From a virus (lineage: Duplodnaviria > Caudoviricetes), in the IMG/VR virus record IMGVR_UViG_3300019784_001879, positions 1-27,521 of that record: a DNA stretch of 27,521 nucleotides; one strand, 5' to 3'. The position numbers and the translations under genes were made by a program. Shown here one piece after another: positions 24,900 through 27,521 of the stretch (position 1 is its first letter; the number at the start of each line of letters is the position of its first letter). The notes below the pieces were generated by a model that searched no databases, was not told where the DNA came from, and worked only from the letters and a program-made list of their open reading frames with translations.

Positions 24900-25457
24900 C
24901 TAGAACCGTTCTTGAACTACCAACTGTAAAGGCTTACCAGTGTTTGCGTCAAGGACCGACGCAATCTCAACAGCTTTACGGGCGTGTCTCTTTGCGTAGG
25001 CTAACTCCATATCAGGTTTGCAGATTGAATACAGGTAGCCAAGAGCAAGCTGCCCACCAGAACCAATGCCATACGTTCCGTGATTGCTTTGGAAAAAAGA
25101 GAGATCACAAGCAATACGAAAGATATTGCCGTTAAAAGCAATGAGATAATCGAAGCCACCATCTTTGTCCACCTTGTTGTAGTCGTAGTTGTTGTCGGTA
25201 AATGCTTGGTTGATACTGGGTATAATTTTCTTACCCATAAATTGTGCTGGGTCTTCACCACGATAGAGCGGTGGCTTCCAGTTGTAGGCAAGGATATCTC
25301 CTGGTCTAGTATCACCTGAGATTCCAATGAGATACTTACCCACCTCAATAATCTTTGGAGTTGAGGTAGCAAGAGTGACTAAGTTATCTTCTGTGATCTG
25401 GCTATCGGCTACTAGAACAGCGTAGTCAATTCCTTCTACTCCAACGATTGTGGTCAT
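24900..25457 (-). CDS. Proteasome-beta/HslV-like Ntn hydrolase
   Basis: N-terminal MTTIVG, ADSQIT, PKI, GISG, GIGSGG, D.NTG. Confidence 0.85.
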   Translation of the reverse strand: MTTIVGVEGIDYAVLVADSQITEDNLVTLATSTPKIIEVGKYLIGISGDTRPGDILAYNWKPPLYRGEDPAQFMGKKIIPSINQAFTDNNYDYNKVDKDGGFDYLIAFNGNIFRIACDLSFFQSNHGTYGIGSGGQLALGYLYSICKPDMELAYAKRHARKAVEIASVLDANTGKPLQLVVQERF

Positions 25458-25463
25458 TGGGCA

Positions 25464-25517
25464 AGGCTACACCTAACGGCGTGTCGTCGCGTTAGCGACA
25501 CCAACTATCACTACCAT
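25464..25517. promoter_or_regulatory. Divergent leaderless promoters with GACAC motifs
   Basis: Minus: GACAC-N11-TAGCCT-N6-ATG; plus: GACAC-N10-TACCAT-N7-GTG. Confidence 0.6.
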
Positions 25518-25524
25518 ATGAGCC

Positions 25525-25806
25525 GTGAGGCGAATTACTAAAGCAGGGAGCGAAGCTCCTAGCCGTCCGTCTATGTGGTTCCGTCTACTCACCCTGCCTA
25601 GACTATGGTCTAAATATACCCTTCCTAAGCCCTTTGGAGCCGATTTGCGGGGTTTAGGACCAGTCCACGTGTGTACCTGTGGGTCACAGGTCTTTAACGT
25701 GATGTGTACCTTTGAGAACTATGAGATTGTCTGGTACTTCCTTGATGCTACCTGTGTTAACTGCGGCAATCTAGTGACAGTTCCTTGCCCTGTTGATGCC
25801 CCGTAA
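25525..25806 (+). CDS. Zinc-ribbon hypothetical protein
   Basis: HVCTCG...CVNCG...CPVD; start uncertain. Confidence 0.7.
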   Translation: MRRITKAGSEAPSRPSMWFRLLTLPRLWSKYTLPKPFGADLRGLGPVHVCTCGSQVFNVMCTFENYEIVWYFLDATCVNCGNLVTVPCPVDAP

Positions 25807-25814
25807 AATGGCAT

Positions 25815-25853
25815 AAAAAAAAAGAAGCCCACCCCTTTCGGGGTGAGCCTCTT
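25815..25853 (-). terminator. Rho-independent terminator of the lysis/late operon
   Basis: GGCTCACCCC-GAAA-GGGGTGGGCT followed by a T9 run on the minus strand. Confidence 0.9.
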
Positions 25854-25878
25854 CTGCCTCGCAGTTGATGTCTAAAGA

Positions 25879-26088
25879 TTAGACTTCTTTGTCTAGCACC
25901 ATTCCAAACTCTGCCTCTGTCTTGTCAGCCCACTTGATTGCAGGGGCAGCGATAGCTCCAATCAATACTGCATAATGTGGAGCTAGGTCTGTGAGTAGTG
26001 CGATGCCCATTGCAACTGCAGCACCTGCAACTGCGCGGATGTAGGACTTCAATACTGCCTTGTGCTTCTTACTTAGTTTTAGTTTCAT
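25879..26088 (-). CDS. Holin, putative
   Basis: Two hydrophobic segments, basic N-terminus, follows the endolysin. Confidence 0.7.
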   Translation of the reverse strand: MKLKLSKKHKAVLKSYIRAVAGAAVAMGIALLTDLAPHYAVLIGAIAAPAIKWADKTEAEFGMVLDKEV

Positions 26089-26552
26089 TTCTTCGCTTTC
26101 TTTTTAGGGAGTGGCTTTATCTTTGATGCTGCTAACCTGGCTTGGTCAACAGTTGTGTGCTTAGGTTTGTCTAACCAGGCAAACCAAGGGGAAGTGTCAT
26201 TGCCACAGTCTTCTTTGATGGAGATATGAATATGCTTTACGTGCGGATTAGAACCTGTGTAAACATCTACACCCTTTTCTGGTGTCCAGATTCTGTGGTT
26301 AAAGATTAAATACTTTACTCGTGGATCATTCTGTAGATTCTTAAAGATATCAGCGCAGTCAATACCATTCTTGATATCGTGCGTTAGGTCTACTGCGTAG
26401 CCTGTGTTGTGATCGCTATTAGGACTCTGTTTGATGTGTGCTGCCGATGGTAGTAAACCATCCGAGGCTTTCTTGCGGGAAGGCTTGATCGCTGTGGCTT
26501 GTCGAAGTACAGCAATAGCGGCAGGCGTGGCTTTCTTTACAGGTGTCTTCAT
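26085..26552 (-). CDS. Endolysin, zinc peptidase (M15/LAS-like)
   Basis: SDH...AVD...HIHIS zinc ligands. Confidence 0.75.
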   Translation of the reverse strand: MKTPVKKATPAAIAVLRQATAIKPSRKKASDGLLPSAAHIKQSPNSDHNTGYAVDLTHDIKNGIDCADIFKNLQNDPRVKYLIFNHRIWTPEKGVDVYTGSNPHVKHIHISIKEDCGNDTSPWFAWLDKPKHTTVDQARLAASKIKPLPKKKAKK

Positions 26553-26747
26553 TCACTTATCCGCTACTAACTTGTACAGGTCATCTACTCTAGCTTCAAG
26601 CCTATCAATGGCATCACGTAACGATGTGCCACCGTTTTTATGAAGCTCTGATAGATAGTGCTTAACCATCCAGCGCACTGCGCCAGCAAAGCCACCTATG
26701 ATTGTCATTACTGCAACAGTTAATGTTGCGTAGTCTTGTGCTTGCAT
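26553..26747 (-). CDS. Membrane protein of the lysis cassette
   Basis: N-terminal TM, NGGTSLRDAIDRLE coiled coil. Confidence 0.65.
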   Translation of the reverse strand: MQAQDYATLTVAVMTIIGGFAGAVRWMVKHYLSELHKNGGTSLRDAIDRLEARVDDLYKLVADK

Positions 26748-27521
26748 TAGACCGTCCTAATGGTTACTAGTAGTGTGCCACCAAAACCAGAGAACCTTTT
26801 ATCCTCTGGAGTCTTATTCATAAAGTCCATCTCTTCAATGATGCCAAGGTATGACTCACCAGTTCTAAAGTCTTGAACACGAATAGTGTCGCCAACGTTT
26901 TCAATTGCTTCTAGTTGTGACATACGTGCAAAGGCAGATCCTTCGTAACCAACCTCATTACCAAACTTGTCGCTCTCGTGGTCATAGCAAAAGATTGGAT
27001 ATTGAATAAGTCTCTGGCGTGGTGTTGCAGGCAGGGAACGTATCTGATAACCAGTAAATAGTGGTCCCTTGGTTACATCGGTACTAGAACGAGACAGTGT
27101 AAACTTAAATCCCAAATACTCTTGGGCAGCTTGTGGATAGCTGATATTGATTTGAGGCACTGTAGCCCCTTGTGAGAATGTACCAATACGATACTCAGTA
27201 TCTACCGAGTCAATAGAATCAATGTTGATACCACCATTGGTTGTATCTACACGAGCTTGCATCAGTTTGTAGATCTTTGTCTCAAGTGTGTTGTAGCGAA
27301 TAAAGCCAGTACGTAGGTAGCCACTTGCTACTAGGCTGGTAGTAGACTCTGCCCAGGTGTTATTGCCATTGGTAAAGGCAGCTCTATCTGAGTTACCGAA
27401 GAAGGCTACTTGAGATGCAGTGGTAGTAGTACCAGTTGCTATCAGGTCCCAAGCCCAAGGAAAGAACAGGCTATTTGCTAGAACAGTAGTAGACAGATCT
27501 ACACGAACTAACCCTGCCGTT
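26747..27521 (-). CDS. Tail/virion structural protein, 3' part (starts beyond window)
   Basis: Frame stays open from 27520 (TAGLVRVDLS...); beta-rich; precedes the lysis genes. Confidence 0.6.
   Translation of the reverse strand, partial: TAGLVRVDLSTTVLANSLFFPWAWDLIATGTTTTASQVAFFGNSDRAAFTNGNNTWAESTTSLVASGYLRTGFIRYNTLETKIYKLMQARVDTTNGGINIDSIDSVDTEYRIGTFSQGATVPQINISYPQAAQEYLGFKFTLSRSSTDVTKGPLFTGYQIRSLPATPRQRLIQYPIFCYDHESDKFGNEVGYEGSAFARMSQLEAIENVGDTIRVQDFRTGESYLGIIEEMDFMNKTPEDKRFSGFGGTLLVTIRTV

Overview
The window is most of a lytic, podovirus-like tailed phage genome infecting an actinobacterium; gene content resembles freshwater actinophages, which is an inference from WhiB, leaderless promoters and gene families. 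It has three modules. (1) 1-13755, minus strand: terminase large subunit, portal, four probable internal-virion/ejection proteins, scaffold and the start of the major capsid protein. (2) About 14450-18590, plus strand: a purine-rich early/host-takeover operon of about 18 mostly tiny coupled ORFs, including an ArdC-like domain, acidic peptides and a lytic transglycosylase, preceded by a ~750 bp non-coding control/terminus region. (3) 18591-27521, mostly minus strand: adenine MTase, FmdB zinc ribbon, nuclease, sigma factor, DUF1599, split primase, resolvase, DnaB-like helicase, WhiB, Cas4-like nuclease, HslV/proteasome-beta-like protein, lysis cassette and a partial tail gene. The most striking signals are non-coding. 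A candidate ~60-nt sRNA has two loops complementary to the unusual GGAAGGG/GGAAGAGG ribosome-binding sites of the early genes. There is also a three-copy covarying leader element, a very dense AGCT array, paired CRP-like boxes, and back-to-back GACAC (WhiA-type) leaderless promoters. All product calls come from motif recognition by eye, not database searches.
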